Part shown: positions 1-8,904 of the stretch, piece after piece
Numbering within the stretch: position 1 is the stretch's first letter
Layout: each line of letters starts with the position of its first letter
Origin: Planctomycetia bacterium
GTDB taxonomy: Bacteria > Planctomycetota > Planctomycetia > Gemmatales > HRBIN36
Length of the DNA stretch: 64,000 nucleotides
Direction: 5' to 3'
Assembly (NCBI GenBank): GCA_016795155.1
Contig: JAEUIE010000044.1
Coordinates: 188,224 to 252,223, forward strand
Program-made: the position numbers and the translations under genes
The notes under the pieces: generated by a model
Database searches by the model: none
What the model saw: only the letters and a program-made list of their open reading frames with translations
Told to the model about the DNA's origin: nothing

Positions 1-58
1 GTTCATTCCTGACTAATGACCTTGAGAATGTCATACGAAGATGACTAAGGGTACCGAT

Positions 59-2005
59 TCATTTCTTGGCAGGTTGTGCCTGTTGTTGATGCTGTTTTAA
101 TAATTCATCTGCTGCTGCTTCCTCGACATATTTCTGCAGGTGCTTTTCAAAGAGTTCCATAGATGGTTCGCCTTCCCAGACATGGCGAAAAACGCCTTTA
201 CCATCGATGATGAACACTGTCGGAGAGCCTTTGACACCAAAAAATCTGGCAAGTGATGTTTTGTCTGGCTGAGTGCTGCGAACATTTCTTCCAGGCACTT
301 CGTTGTTGCGCATACCCTGGTCAATTTCCTCTTTGCTGATGTCGGTATTCACTCCGACGATGACCACATTACGATCCTGATATTTTTTATAAATGTCGTT
401 GAATTCCCTGAACATTTTCAGGCTATGCGGATCCCAGAACCCCCAGAATTGGAAGATGATCACCTTGCCTGCATAATCTTTGAGCTTGAAGGTATTGTTA
501 TCAAAATCGGTTATGGCAAGCTCAGGCACCCTGCTACCTGCACTGAAACTCAGCGTCTCGCCTTTCATGGTGAACCGCATGGATGGATCAATTTCCACCG
601 GTGCTTTCCTGCCTCCGGAGGTGATGAGAAAAATGGTCAAACCGGGAATCAGAATGGCTGCCAGGACAGCAACAATAATGATGGTCTTCGTAGATAGTTT
701 CTTATCCAGCTTGATATTCTTGGTGGCTACTTTCAGCCTGGTCGTCTGGCCCTTGGCTTCGATCTTGGTACTGTGTGATGCAATGGATTGTGAGTTCCCC
801 ATGATGGGAACCGTAGGCTGCAGCGAACCGGTAGAACGCCCCAGGTTACCGCTGGTAAGTGAACCACTGGCCAGGTTTCCGCTGCCGAGGTTGCCACTGT
901 GCAGACCAAGCGCCATTCCACTGGGGGGGCCAGCCAGGTTGGGATTCATGGGATAACTGTTAACACCTGAAATCGGTTGAGATGTGTTGCTGATAAACGG
1001 GCTCAGTGCACTGGCAACTTCACTGGGTACGCTGAATCGGTGTTCAGGACGCTTAGCCATCATCTTGTTGATGATGTGAGAAACACCTTCCGGAACTTCA
1101 GGATTAAGTCTGCTTACCGGTGTAGGCATCTGCATCTGGTGCTGAAGGAGTTTCTGTGCTGTCGTGCCTTCCACGGGGGGTTTACCCGTGATCAGTGAAT
1201 AAAGTGTCGCGCCCAAACTGTAAATATCTGCTCGAATGTCTACCATATTGTTGGCAATAGCCTGCTCGGGGGCTATGTAATCAATCGATCCCATGATGTC
1301 TTTGCCATCAGAGAGATCCTGCGTCAGATTATCCTGCGAAATCTGGAACGAACGAGCGAGTCCCAGATCAAGAATTTTAACCTGCCCGCCCTTATCAACC
1401 AGAATGTTGGCAGGTTTGATATCACGATGCACCATGTTACGCTCATGAGCATGCTGTAAGCCTTTGCAGGCCTGCACGACGATGTTCAGCGCCGTCTTCC
1501 AGGGTAATGGCCCCTTGGTGTCTAGATACTTCTGAAGATTAGTACCATCGATATACTCCATCACCAGGTAATGCATTCCCTGATGTTCACTGACATCGAA
1601 GGCTTTAACCACATTGGGGTGATCAAGTGCTGCTGCAGCGCGGGCTTCTCGATAAAAGCGTTCCAGTGCCAGCTTGTCTCGTGTCTTGTCTTCAGGCAGA
1701 ATCTTGATGGCTACTCGACGTTTGAGCTTTTCATGCTCTGCCATGTACACGATGCCCATGCCGCCCGAACCGATCTTCTCCATCACGCGATAGGCGCCAA
1801 TCACCAGGCCACGATATCTACCGGCCAGCAGGGATCGTGCTTGAAATGTCGTAATGAGTTTGTTCTTGACCAGGTATTCAGCTATCTTGGTCGGGTCTTC
1901 TGTTGTGCCGGTGTAACTGCTTAACGAAGCATCAAGTATGGAGTCTTCAACCAGTCCACTCTTACGCAGTGTCTCCAGAAATTGATTAGATGTGGCAACC
2001 GGCAT
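59..2005 (-). CDS. Membrane-anchored Ser/Thr protein kinase with C-terminal extracytoplasmic thioredoxin-fold (TlpA/AhpC-TSA-like) domain
   Basis: 648-aa ORF. Hanks kinase motifs GSGGMGIVY..AIK, HRDIKPANIL, DLGLAR, APE. Gly/Ser/Asn-rich linker, one TM helix (IIIVAVLAAILIPGLTIFLI). C-terminal ~170 aa with thioredoxin-fold landmarks (FQFWGFW.., GSPTVFIID cis-Pro loop). Confidence 0.9.
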   Translation of the reverse strand: MPVATSNQFLETLRKSGLVEDSILDASLSSYTGTTEDPTKIAEYLVKNKLITTFQARSLLAGRYRGLVIGAYRVMEKIGSGGMGIVYMAEHEKLKRRVAIKILPEDKTRDKLALERFYREARAAAALDHPNVVKAFDVSEHQGMHYLVMEYIDGTNLQKYLDTKGPLPWKTALNIVVQACKGLQHAHERNMVHRDIKPANILVDKGGQVKILDLGLARSFQISQDNLTQDLSDGKDIMGSIDYIAPEQAIANNMVDIRADIYSLGATLYSLITGKPPVEGTTAQKLLQHQMQMPTPVSRLNPEVPEGVSHIINKMMAKRPEHRFSVPSEVASALSPFISNTSQPISGVNSYPMNPNLAGPPSGMALGLHSGNLGSGNLASGSLTSGNLGRSTGSLQPTVPIMGNSQSIASHSTKIEAKGQTTRLKVATKNIKLDKKLSTKTIIIVAVLAAILIPGLTIFLITSGGRKAPVEIDPSMRFTMKGETLSFSAGSRVPELAITDFDNNTFKLKDYAGKVIIFQFWGFWDPHSLKMFREFNDIYKKYQDRNVVIVGVNTDISKEEIDQGMRNNEVPGRNVRSTQPDKTSLARFFGVKGSPTVFIIDGKGVFRHVWEGEPSMELFEKHLQKYVEEAAADELLKQHQQQAQPAKK

Positions 2006-2109
2006 AGGCTGCTTCTCCAGTGTTAGGCGGATACATGATCTTAACTTTTATCTTTAGCAAGATCAAACTTATACCATCAAATTGACATTATATCGAAGTT
2101 TTCAAATCG

Positions 2110-2724
2110 TTATTTTTCCAGGATCACTCTACGACCCTGAACTCGAATTTTCCCCTGAGCAAAAAGCCTGATGGCTTCTGGGTATGCTTCGCATTCTGCC
2201 GTAAATACCCGCTGGGCAAGGGTTTCTGCATTGTCGTTATCAAGGACGGGTACCGTTTTCTGCAGTATGATCGGGCCATGGTCAAACTCATTATCTGCAA
2301 AATGTACGGTGCAGCCAGTAACTTTCACTCCTGCCTCCAAGGCTGCTTCGTGAACATGATGACCGTAAAACCCTTTGCCACTGAATGCAGGGATCAGCGA
2401 CGGGTGTATATTCATGACTCGATGGGTAAAGTCCTCGGGAATGGGTAAAAATTCCAAAAATCCTGCCAGGCATACTAAATCAGGCTGAACTGCACGAATC
2501 GCCCGATACATATTCTCGCCAAACTGTTCACGTGTTTTCCCTTTGCGGGGTACAATTTGGTGCGCAATTCCAGCCTGTTCAGCCCGCACCAGGCCATACA
2601 CTCCCGGCCTGCTTGATATGACTGTCACGATCTGTGCATCAAGGGATTGCTGATTGATGCAATCAATCAGATTCTGCAGTGTCGTACCACCGGCGCTCAG
2701 CAATACAGCGAGCCGAATCGACAT
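2110..2724 (-). CDS. purN: Phosphoribosylglycinamide formyltransferase
   Basis: 204 aa. N-terminal LAVLLSAGGTTLQNLI, NIHPSLIP and C-terminal D-containing core typical of PurN. Stop is 2 nt after larB. Confidence 0.9.
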   Translation of the reverse strand: MSIRLAVLLSAGGTTLQNLIDCINQQSLDAQIVTVISSRPGVYGLVRAEQAGIAHQIVPRKGKTREQFGENMYRAIRAVQPDLVCLAGFLEFLPIPEDFTHRVMNIHPSLIPAFSGKGFYGHHVHEAALEAGVKVTGCTVHFADNEFDHGPIILQKTVPVLDNDNAETLAQRVFTAECEAYPEAIRLFAQGKIRVQGRRVILEK

Positions 2725-2726
2725 GG

Positions 2727-3413
2727 TTATCCTGACTTCCTGTGTTGGGCAGAGAGCATCAGCCCGGCAACATAGCCTGCTTTGAAACCAGCATCAATGT
2801 TCACCACCACCACGTTGGCAGCACAACTGTTGAGCATACCCAGCAATGCTGTTAGTCCCTGAAAATTTGAGCCATACCCAACACTGGTAGGTACTGCTAT
2901 CACGGGGACAGCAACCAAACCGCCAACCACGCTGGCCAAAGCTGCTTCCATACCCGCCACGACGATTACTACATCGGCCTGTCGAATACGTTCGATCTGA
3001 CCTAATAATCGATGCAGCCCGGCAACGCCAACATCAGCAATTAGTTCTGTCTCTATCCCCATTGCTTGAATGCTTTCCACGGCTTCATGAGCAACAGGTA
3101 TATCAGCAGTACCTGCTGTCACAACAACAATTTTCCCAGGAACCGTTTCTACAGGCTTCGTGGTAAGCCAGAAAGTACGTCCCAGCCGGTTTTGTTTTGC
3201 ATCGGGAAATAATTCCGCAAGTGCCAAGGATTGTGATTCATTGACTCTGGTTACCAGGCAGTTCTGTCCTGCCTGTTGCATCGTCTTAACGATCGCCAGC
3301 AGGGCATCAATGGTCTTACCTTCCCCGTAAATGACTTCGGGGAAGCCACATCGTTGTTGACGTGCCAGATCGAGTTGAGCAAAGCCGAGATCAGCACGAG
3401 CGGGATCGTTCAT
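2727..3413 (-). CDS. larB: PurE-like nickel-pincer cofactor biosynthesis protein LarB (pyridinium-3,5-biscarboxylic acid mononucleotide synthase)
   Basis: 228 aa. N-terminal DLAR..RCGFPEVIYGEGKT segment plus PurE-fold core VVTAGTADIPVAHEA, characteristic of LarB rather than PurE. Confidence 0.75.
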   Translation of the reverse strand: MNDPARADLGFAQLDLARQQRCGFPEVIYGEGKTIDALLAIVKTMQQAGQNCLVTRVNESQSLALAELFPDAKQNRLGRTFWLTTKPVETVPGKIVVVTAGTADIPVAHEAVESIQAMGIETELIADVGVAGLHRLLGQIERIRQADVVIVVAGMEAALASVVGGLVAVPVIAVPTSVGYGSNFQGLTALLGMLNSCAANVVVVNIDAGFKAGYVAGLMLSAQHRKSG

Positions 3414-3437
3414 AGCTGGTGTCGATTCCCGTTCTGA

Positions 3438-4790
3438 CTAACGTTCACCGAGTGGACGGTACACTTGCTTGCTGGGCGCAACATTGTCTTTCAGCCAATC
3501 ATTCAATCCGCTGATTGAATCGGTGTTTTTGTTGGGATCATCAAAGAACTCAAGCAATGCCCGAACCTTGTTATTGAAGTTGTTGAGATACGAGGTTACG
3601 GGGCCTGTCGTTTTCTGGGAAGTGAATCCATCCAATGCTGTCTTCATACGCTGTGCCTGCAAACCCCACGCGAGCGGGCTTGCTGCGGCTTGACGACGAG
3701 CATTGGCTTCGGCACCCAGAACGGTAAAGAACCTTCCGAGTTGGAAGGCAGCATAATCGGGTTGATAACTCGGACTGTAATCGGTTCTCAATTGGCAGAG
3801 TGCCACCGCTGCATCGACCCGTTCGCGCAAATCTGGTTGCGGCACCAGTGCTGCATCGCCAGTTACAATCTTGCACAGTAACTCAGCAACCGGGCCTTCC
3901 TGCTTGTTTCCCTGTCGATCATCCACAATAAGTGGTCGGCGTCCTGCACCGAGAGCAAGTGCTGCAGCACGACGTACATAACGTACACCTGCCTGTTCTT
4001 CCCTGCTCATGAACTGCAGTCTGGTTTCCGGGACCCTGGTTCGACTTTCCAGCCAGTTGTAAACGCTGGTCAGTGCACTCTTCAATCGTGCCTGACCTTC
4101 CTTACTTTGAAACAAACCTTTAGCCTTCAGTTCAGTGCTGCCTTGCAATGCGAAGATTTCTTCCAACCCACGGAATGCATGAAGTCGTACTGCATCAATT
4201 TCCTGTGGATGCTCGATCACACGAACCAGTTCATCCACTACTGCTTCCTGGCCCCACTCAGCCAGTTTTGCCAGGACACGTACTGCATTAACGCGGGCAA
4301 TAGGCATTCTGTTTGACAACACTACCCTGCAATGCTTGATGAATATTGGGGTCATGCTCCGGACGTTATCAACCTGGCGCTGTCGCATCGCTGCCATATC
4401 CTGGTCAGCTGCCTGTCCAGAAAACGGACGGGGTAGAAAGCGAGGATTGGTTTCTTCTGAACCAATCAGTTCTGCCATGATGGAACTGATCGTGCCTACT
4501 GCAGCTGGGTCGTGTTCTTTCTGTACCTCTTCCCAAGTCAGGCGATACAGGTAATACTTCAACACCTTATCCACAACTGCCTTATCAGCATTGCTTTGAA
4601 TGACGTTGTCTATTTCGGGAGACAAGGCAAACCTTAGCACCGTGCTGATTTCACCAGACTTGGGGACATCCTTGTCTTCCACGTCAGCACGTTCAGCCGT
4701 TAATGCTGGAGCAGGTGGCTGGGCCACACCCAGAACAGTGATGAACAGGCCAACCAACAGGGCTGAAATATTTTTGAATGGCGCCAACAC
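3438..4790 (-). CDS. Hypothetical secreted protein, helical (HEAT/ARM-like) repeats
   Basis: 450-aa ORF with N-terminal signal-like hydrophobic segment (ISALLVGLFITVLGVA). No catalytic motif recognised. 24 nt upstream of larB on the same strand. Confidence 0.6.
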   Translation of the reverse strand: MLAPFKNISALLVGLFITVLGVAQPPAPALTAERADVEDKDVPKSGEISTVLRFALSPEIDNVIQSNADKAVVDKVLKYYLYRLTWEEVQKEHDPAAVGTISSIMAELIGSEETNPRFLPRPFSGQAADQDMAAMRQRQVDNVRSMTPIFIKHCRVVLSNRMPIARVNAVRVLAKLAEWGQEAVVDELVRVIEHPQEIDAVRLHAFRGLEEIFALQGSTELKAKGLFQSKEGQARLKSALTSVYNWLESRTRVPETRLQFMSREEQAGVRYVRRAAALALGAGRRPLIVDDRQGNKQEGPVAELLCKIVTGDAALVPQPDLRERVDAAVALCQLRTDYSPSYQPDYAAFQLGRFFTVLGAEANARRQAAASPLAWGLQAQRMKTALDGFTSQKTTGPVTSYLNNFNNKVRALLEFFDDPNKNTDSISGLNDWLKDNVAPSKQVYRPLGER

Positions 4791-4988
4791 GGGAAATCCT
4801 CTGAAAGCTGATAACGGAATGCATCAGCAATTGATGTGTTATTCAGGCTAACTGCTTAGGTTCATCGCGTCAAGCACCAGACTTGCATCTCCGTGCATAT
4901 TCACAAGAAATGCCATGTCGGATTATGACGGTTAGGGGGAGATGTCTGCCCTGTTCATTATAACAAGGCACAAGTGAACCCGCAGCAC

Positions 4989-5789
4989 TCACTTCAGTTC
5001 CACCATGCTGCGATTCAGTTTTCCGTCCGCAACCGAGCATACAAAAAAGCCCTTTCCGGGGCTTCTGTCATGGTTGGCCCGTGCGAACGAACAACATTGG
5101 TTGGTAGTTAACACGGTTTGACCAAATTTCCTCTCGGTAAACCCATGGTAGTGCCCAGAATAGACGGCTTTCAGATTAAAGGAAGCGAATCGTTCCAGTA
5201 ACGGTTTGGCATTCTGAAGGATAAACGGCACCCCAAAAACCAATGGAAAATGGGTGAATAAAATGGTTGGTTTGCTTTTATTCAAACGTGGAAGCTGGTC
5301 ATCCAGCCATTGGAATGTTGCTTGCGGCGCTTTGACGTCTTTCGACTTCTGCCCTTCTGAAGTATCGAGGCCTATGAACTGCCAGCCTGCATGTTCAAAG
5401 TGGTAATTGATCTGCTTGGGAAAGAGTTGATCAAAGCTGGTACGATCGGAGGGTCCCTGATAATCGTGGTTGCCTACCACCACATGATAAGGAAACGGTA
5501 GCGTTTTCAGGATGTCGCGAATGACGCCGTTCTGTTGCTGCGTACCATGTTCCGTCAAATCACCACTGATCAAAACGAAATCAATTTTCTCAGGCTGCGA
5601 TGTCATGGCTTTCACCATGCGTTCAAACCAGGGCACACATTTCTCATTGAAGTAATGCAAGTCATTGACTGCTACAAAATGAAAAGAGCCGGTATTTACC
5701 TCTTTAGCGTCAAGTACACCGGGCCACATACCTGCGGCCAGAAGAGTCTGAAGTGATCCTTGGACAAATTGTCTACGGATGTGTTTCAT
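4989..5789 (-). CDS. Calcineurin-like metallophosphoesterase, Tat/Sec-exported
   Basis: 266 aa. Motifs VNDLH, GDLTEHG, GNHD, GHYH. N-terminus RRQFVQGS..LLAAG resembles a twin-arginine signal. 4-nt overlap with ribE. Confidence 0.8.
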   Translation of the reverse strand: MKHIRRQFVQGSLQTLLAAGMWPGVLDAKEVNTGSFHFVAVNDLHYFNEKCVPWFERMVKAMTSQPEKIDFVLISGDLTEHGTQQQNGVIRDILKTLPFPYHVVVGNHDYQGPSDRTSFDQLFPKQINYHFEHAGWQFIGLDTSEGQKSKDVKAPQATFQWLDDQLPRLNKSKPTILFTHFPLVFGVPFILQNAKPLLERFASFNLKAVYSGHYHGFTERKFGQTVLTTNQCCSFARANHDRSPGKGFFVCSVADGKLNRSMVELK

Positions 5790-6397
5790 GTGACATGCCT
5801 GTCTGATAAGAGTCGTTCCACATACTTGGCAAGTATATCCACTTCGAGATTAACCTTATCGCCTGGCTTGAGCTGACCAAGATTGGTTACCTCGAGCGTA
5901 TGTGGTATCAAGGCAATACTGAATTCTAAGTCAGAGACATTTACCACCGTGAGGCTGACGCCGTTGATTGTGATAGATCCCTTGGCAACTGCATAACGTG
6001 ACAGTTCACCAGGCAACTCAAAATGAAATAACTCCCAGTTTTGGTCAGGTTGGCGTCGAAGGAGTATTCCAACTCCATCGACATGTCCTTGCACCCAGTG
6101 CCCTCCCAGCCTATCGCCCATTTTCAATGCACGTTCCAGGTTCACCATGCAGCCCGGCTTAAGATCAACCAGGTTTGTGCGGCGGAGAGTTTCAGGAGCA
6201 AGTTGAAATGTGGACTGTTGCTGATCCTTTGTAACAACTGTCAGACAAACGCCATTGACAGCAATACTCTCACCCATCTTGATGGTTTCATCAAACATGT
6301 TGGATTGGATGACCAGCTTGTTGCCGTCTTCATTCGGCAGAAATTGAACGACTTTTCCCTGTGTTTCAACTAAACCCGTAAACATGAATTCTCTCAA
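5786..6397 (-). CDS. ribE: Riboflavin synthase alpha chain
   Basis: 203 aa. MFTGLVE N-terminus and duplicated Lum-binding halves (..VNLE.. twice). 4-nt overlaps on both sides. Confidence 0.9.
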   Translation of the reverse strand: MREFMFTGLVETQGKVVQFLPNEDGNKLVIQSNMFDETIKMGESIAVNGVCLTVVTKDQQQSTFQLAPETLRRTNLVDLKPGCMVNLERALKMGDRLGGHWVQGHVDGVGILLRRQPDQNWELFHFELPGELSRYAVAKGSITINGVSLTVVNVSDLEFSIALIPHTLEVTNLGQLKPGDKVNLEVDILAKYVERLLSDRHVT

Positions 6398-6834
6398 GGG
6401 GTGTCAAGAATCAGCGTAACCGGCCCATCATTGACGAGTGAAACCTGCATGGATGCCCCGAAAATACCTGCCTCCGTTTGTATGCCAAGCATCCGGCAGG
6501 CATCCAGGAAATACTGATACAAAGGCTCGGCGATCTCTGGCGAAGCCGCTTTGGTAAAACTCGGACGACGTCCCTTCTGACATTCGCCGTAGAGCGTAAA
6601 CTGGCTGATCACCAGCAATTGCCCTTGAATATCAACCAAGCTGATATTCATTTTACCTTCCTGATCTGGAAACAGGCGCAAACTGACAATTTTTTCCGCA
6701 AGCCAGTCAGCTCGCATCGGTGTATCGTCTAGGGCAATTCCTAAAAGTACAACAATACCTTGTTGAATCTGCCCAACGATACTCCCATCAACACTGACGT
6801 GGGCCTGACTGACGCGCTGGAGAATCGCTCGCAT
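6394..6834 (-). CDS. dtd: D-aminoacyl-tRNA deacylase
   Basis: 146 aa. MRAILQRV start, SQFTLYG and NDGPVTL motifs. Confidence 0.92.
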   Translation of the reverse strand: MRAILQRVSQAHVSVDGSIVGQIQQGIVVLLGIALDDTPMRADWLAEKIVSLRLFPDQEGKMNISLVDIQGQLLVISQFTLYGECQKGRRPSFTKAASPEIAEPLYQYFLDACRMLGIQTEAGIFGASMQVSLVNDGPVTLILDTP

Positions 6835-6838
6835 AAAA

Positions 6839-7255
6839 TTACTTCTTCGATTGTGATACCTGTATCTTGCGCTCTACCAGGCATTCATTCCAAGCATACA
6901 GTTGTAATCTGTACTCACCTGCACGGGGAAAAGTTACGTCTGTCAAAAAACCAACCACTTCCGCAGTCATGCGTGGATCGCTAAATTCCACTTCAAAAAC
7001 CGAATCGTTAATGGGTTCATATTCTTCCTCTGCATCCACAATCTTCACGCGGATTGGCACTTTGCCATGCCCGTTGGTGACGACTGCGTAAACCGCCATC
7101 ATCGGAACTTTGATCGGAAAGCTGGGGGTAAACAGGTTGGCGAAGCATCCGATGAGTGTTGCTTTGCCTGTACTGGTATCCCGGTGGATGTAATCACAAA
7201 CCAGAAACGATAATGCTTTGGGAGGAGGAGGGGTTCGTTTTTTACGCGCTGCCAT
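6839..7255 (-). CDS. Hypothetical protein (first gene of the dtd-ribE operon)
   Basis: 138-aa ORF with Lys/Pro-rich N-terminus then a predicted all-beta region. Stop is 4 nt before dtd. No family recognised with certainty. Confidence 0.55.
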   Translation of the reverse strand: MAARKKRTPPPPKALSFLVCDYIHRDTSTGKATLIGCFANLFTPSFPIKVPMMAVYAVVTNGHGKVPIRVKIVDAEEEYEPINDSVFEVEFSDPRMTAEVVGFLTDVTFPRAGEYRLQLYAWNECLVERKIQVSQSKK

Positions 7256-7489
7256 TTGTGCTTAAACCTTTCTCTGCTTCCAGGTGACCACACATGGAAG
7301 TCATGCAGGTCGGGTGCCTCGGTTTGCGTGTATTCACGCTAACCGTGGCAATTCACCGCGTAGTTACTTTTGCGGGCTAACTTCGTCGTGTCATTATAGC
7401 TTTAATTGCTTGACAGTCCTGTAAACCATGAATCAGCAAGTTGATTTCGTCTACAATAATTATTTACCCTCAATCATTGCGAGACAGTC

Positions 7490-8719
7490 ATGTCAGCTTT
7501 GCTGGATCGTTTCTGTCGCTATGTGCGCATCAACACCCAGGCACAGGATGGCACGGGCAAGTATCCCAGTTCCGCAGGTCAGTGGGACCTGGCAAAGATG
7601 CTAGTGCATGAACTGAAAGAGATGCATGCTCACGACGTTGTCTTGACCGAGCATGCACTCGTATTTGCGACCATACCTGCCACGGTCCACCATCATGCAC
7701 CAACCATCGCCTGGCTGGCTCATATGGATACCTCACCCGAATTCAGTGGAGCTAATGTCAAACCTGTAGTGCACCATCATTATGATGGTGAAGACATCGT
7801 GCTGCATGGCGACCCGACACAGGTGATTCGTGTCAAGGAATGTCCTGAACTGAAAGACCTGGTCGACAAAACCATCATCACTGGTGATGGCACCACGTTG
7901 CTTGGTGCAGACGACAAAGCTGGCGTCGCAGTCATCATGACAGCAGCAGCCTACCTGCTGGCTCATCCAGAGATTCCACATGGCACCATTCGACTGTGCT
8001 TTACCTGTGATGAAGAAATAGGGCACGGCGTGGATCATCTGAATCCCGCACGACTGGATGCGGTTGCAGCGTACACACTGGATGGCGCCAAGACTGGAGA
8101 GTATGAAGGAGAAACATTCTCTGCAGACAAAGCTACTGTTACCTTTAAGGGAGTTGTAATTCACCCAGCTCTGGCAAAAGGCCGTATGATCAATGCCATC
8201 AAGCTGGCAGCAGATTTTATTGACAAGTTGCCTAAGGATCGTTTCTGCCCGGAAACCACGGATGGCAGGGAGAGCTTTGTACACCCAGTTACCATTCAGG
8301 GTGGTGTAGCAGAAGTCACGCTGCAATTTCTATTGCGAAGTTTCAATACCGCAGAACTCGCTGACCAGGCTGCTTTTCTTAAACGATTGGCTGAAGAAGT
8401 GGTCGCACCCTTTCCTCCCGCCCGCGTTGAAATGGTTGTTGAAAAACAATACCGCAACATGGCAGATGGTATGGATCGGGAACCTCGAGCCATTCCCTAC
8501 CTCGAGAAGGCAATAGCGCGAGCAGGTTTAGTCCCGCGTAAACTCAGCATTCGCGGTGGTACCGATGGATCTCGACTTACTGAACTTGGAATACCCACTC
8601 CAAACCTCTTTACCAGCGAGCATAACATCCATTCTCCCCTGGAATGGGCCTGCCTGGAAGAAATGGAGGAGGCGGTCAAAGTTCTCGTAGAGTTGGCCAA
8701 AGTCTGGGGGGAAGAATAA
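7490..8719 (+). CDS. pepT: Peptidase T (tripeptide aminopeptidase, M20B)
   Basis: 409 aa. LLDRFCRYVRINTQ N-terminus, HMDT, GADDKAG, CDEEIG metal-ligand motifs. Confidence 0.9.
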   Translation: MSALLDRFCRYVRINTQAQDGTGKYPSSAGQWDLAKMLVHELKEMHAHDVVLTEHALVFATIPATVHHHAPTIAWLAHMDTSPEFSGANVKPVVHHHYDGEDIVLHGDPTQVIRVKECPELKDLVDKTIITGDGTTLLGADDKAGVAVIMTAAAYLLAHPEIPHGTIRLCFTCDEEIGHGVDHLNPARLDAVAAYTLDGAKTGEYEGETFSADKATVTFKGVVIHPALAKGRMINAIKLAADFIDKLPKDRFCPETTDGRESFVHPVTIQGGVAEVTLQFLLRSFNTAELADQAAFLKRLAEEVVAPFPPARVEMVVEKQYRNMADGMDREPRAIPYLEKAIARAGLVPRKLSIRGGTDGSRLTELGIPTPNLFTSEHNIHSPLEWACLEEMEEAVKVLVELAKVWGEE

Positions 8720-8723
8720 TTGG

Positions 8724-8820
8724 CTCCTCCCCTACTAAGGGCTAATGGGAGGTTGGGTGGGGTTCTTCGTCTTCTCCTATCTCCCCTTGTGGGAAAGGGT
8801 TGGGTGAGGGGGTTCTTTTG
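8724..8820 (+). repeat. Two tandem degenerate copies of a G/C-tract hairpin repeat (..CTCCCC..GGGAGG/GGGAAAGGGTTGGGTGAGGGGGTTCTT)
   Basis: Copy 1 ~8724-8770 and copy 2 ~8773-8820 both end in GGGTTGGGTG(A)GGGGTTCTT. Same family as the arms at 31080-31227. Confidence 0.7.
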
Positions 8821-8904
8821 GTTAGTCGCTCTTGACCTGCAACAGCACTTGAAGTTGCGGACATCAATTGATTAACATGACTGCATCAGCATGGAGGCTG
8901 ATAC

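Noticed and set aside
7306-7325. GGGTGCCTCGGTTTGC as a sigma54-like element upstream of pepT
   Set aside because: The GG-to-GC spacing is off by one nucleotide and the -24 block is poor.
7256-7489. FMN riboswitch upstream of the operon containing ribE
   Set aside because: I could not find the conserved FMN-element core sequences on either strand. ribE is also the third gene of a mixed operon.
8724-8820. Possible CRISPR array from the repeated GGGTGAGGGG units
   Set aside because: There are only two degenerate units per locus, no regular spacer periodicity and no cas genes. One locus is an inverted, not direct, arrangement.
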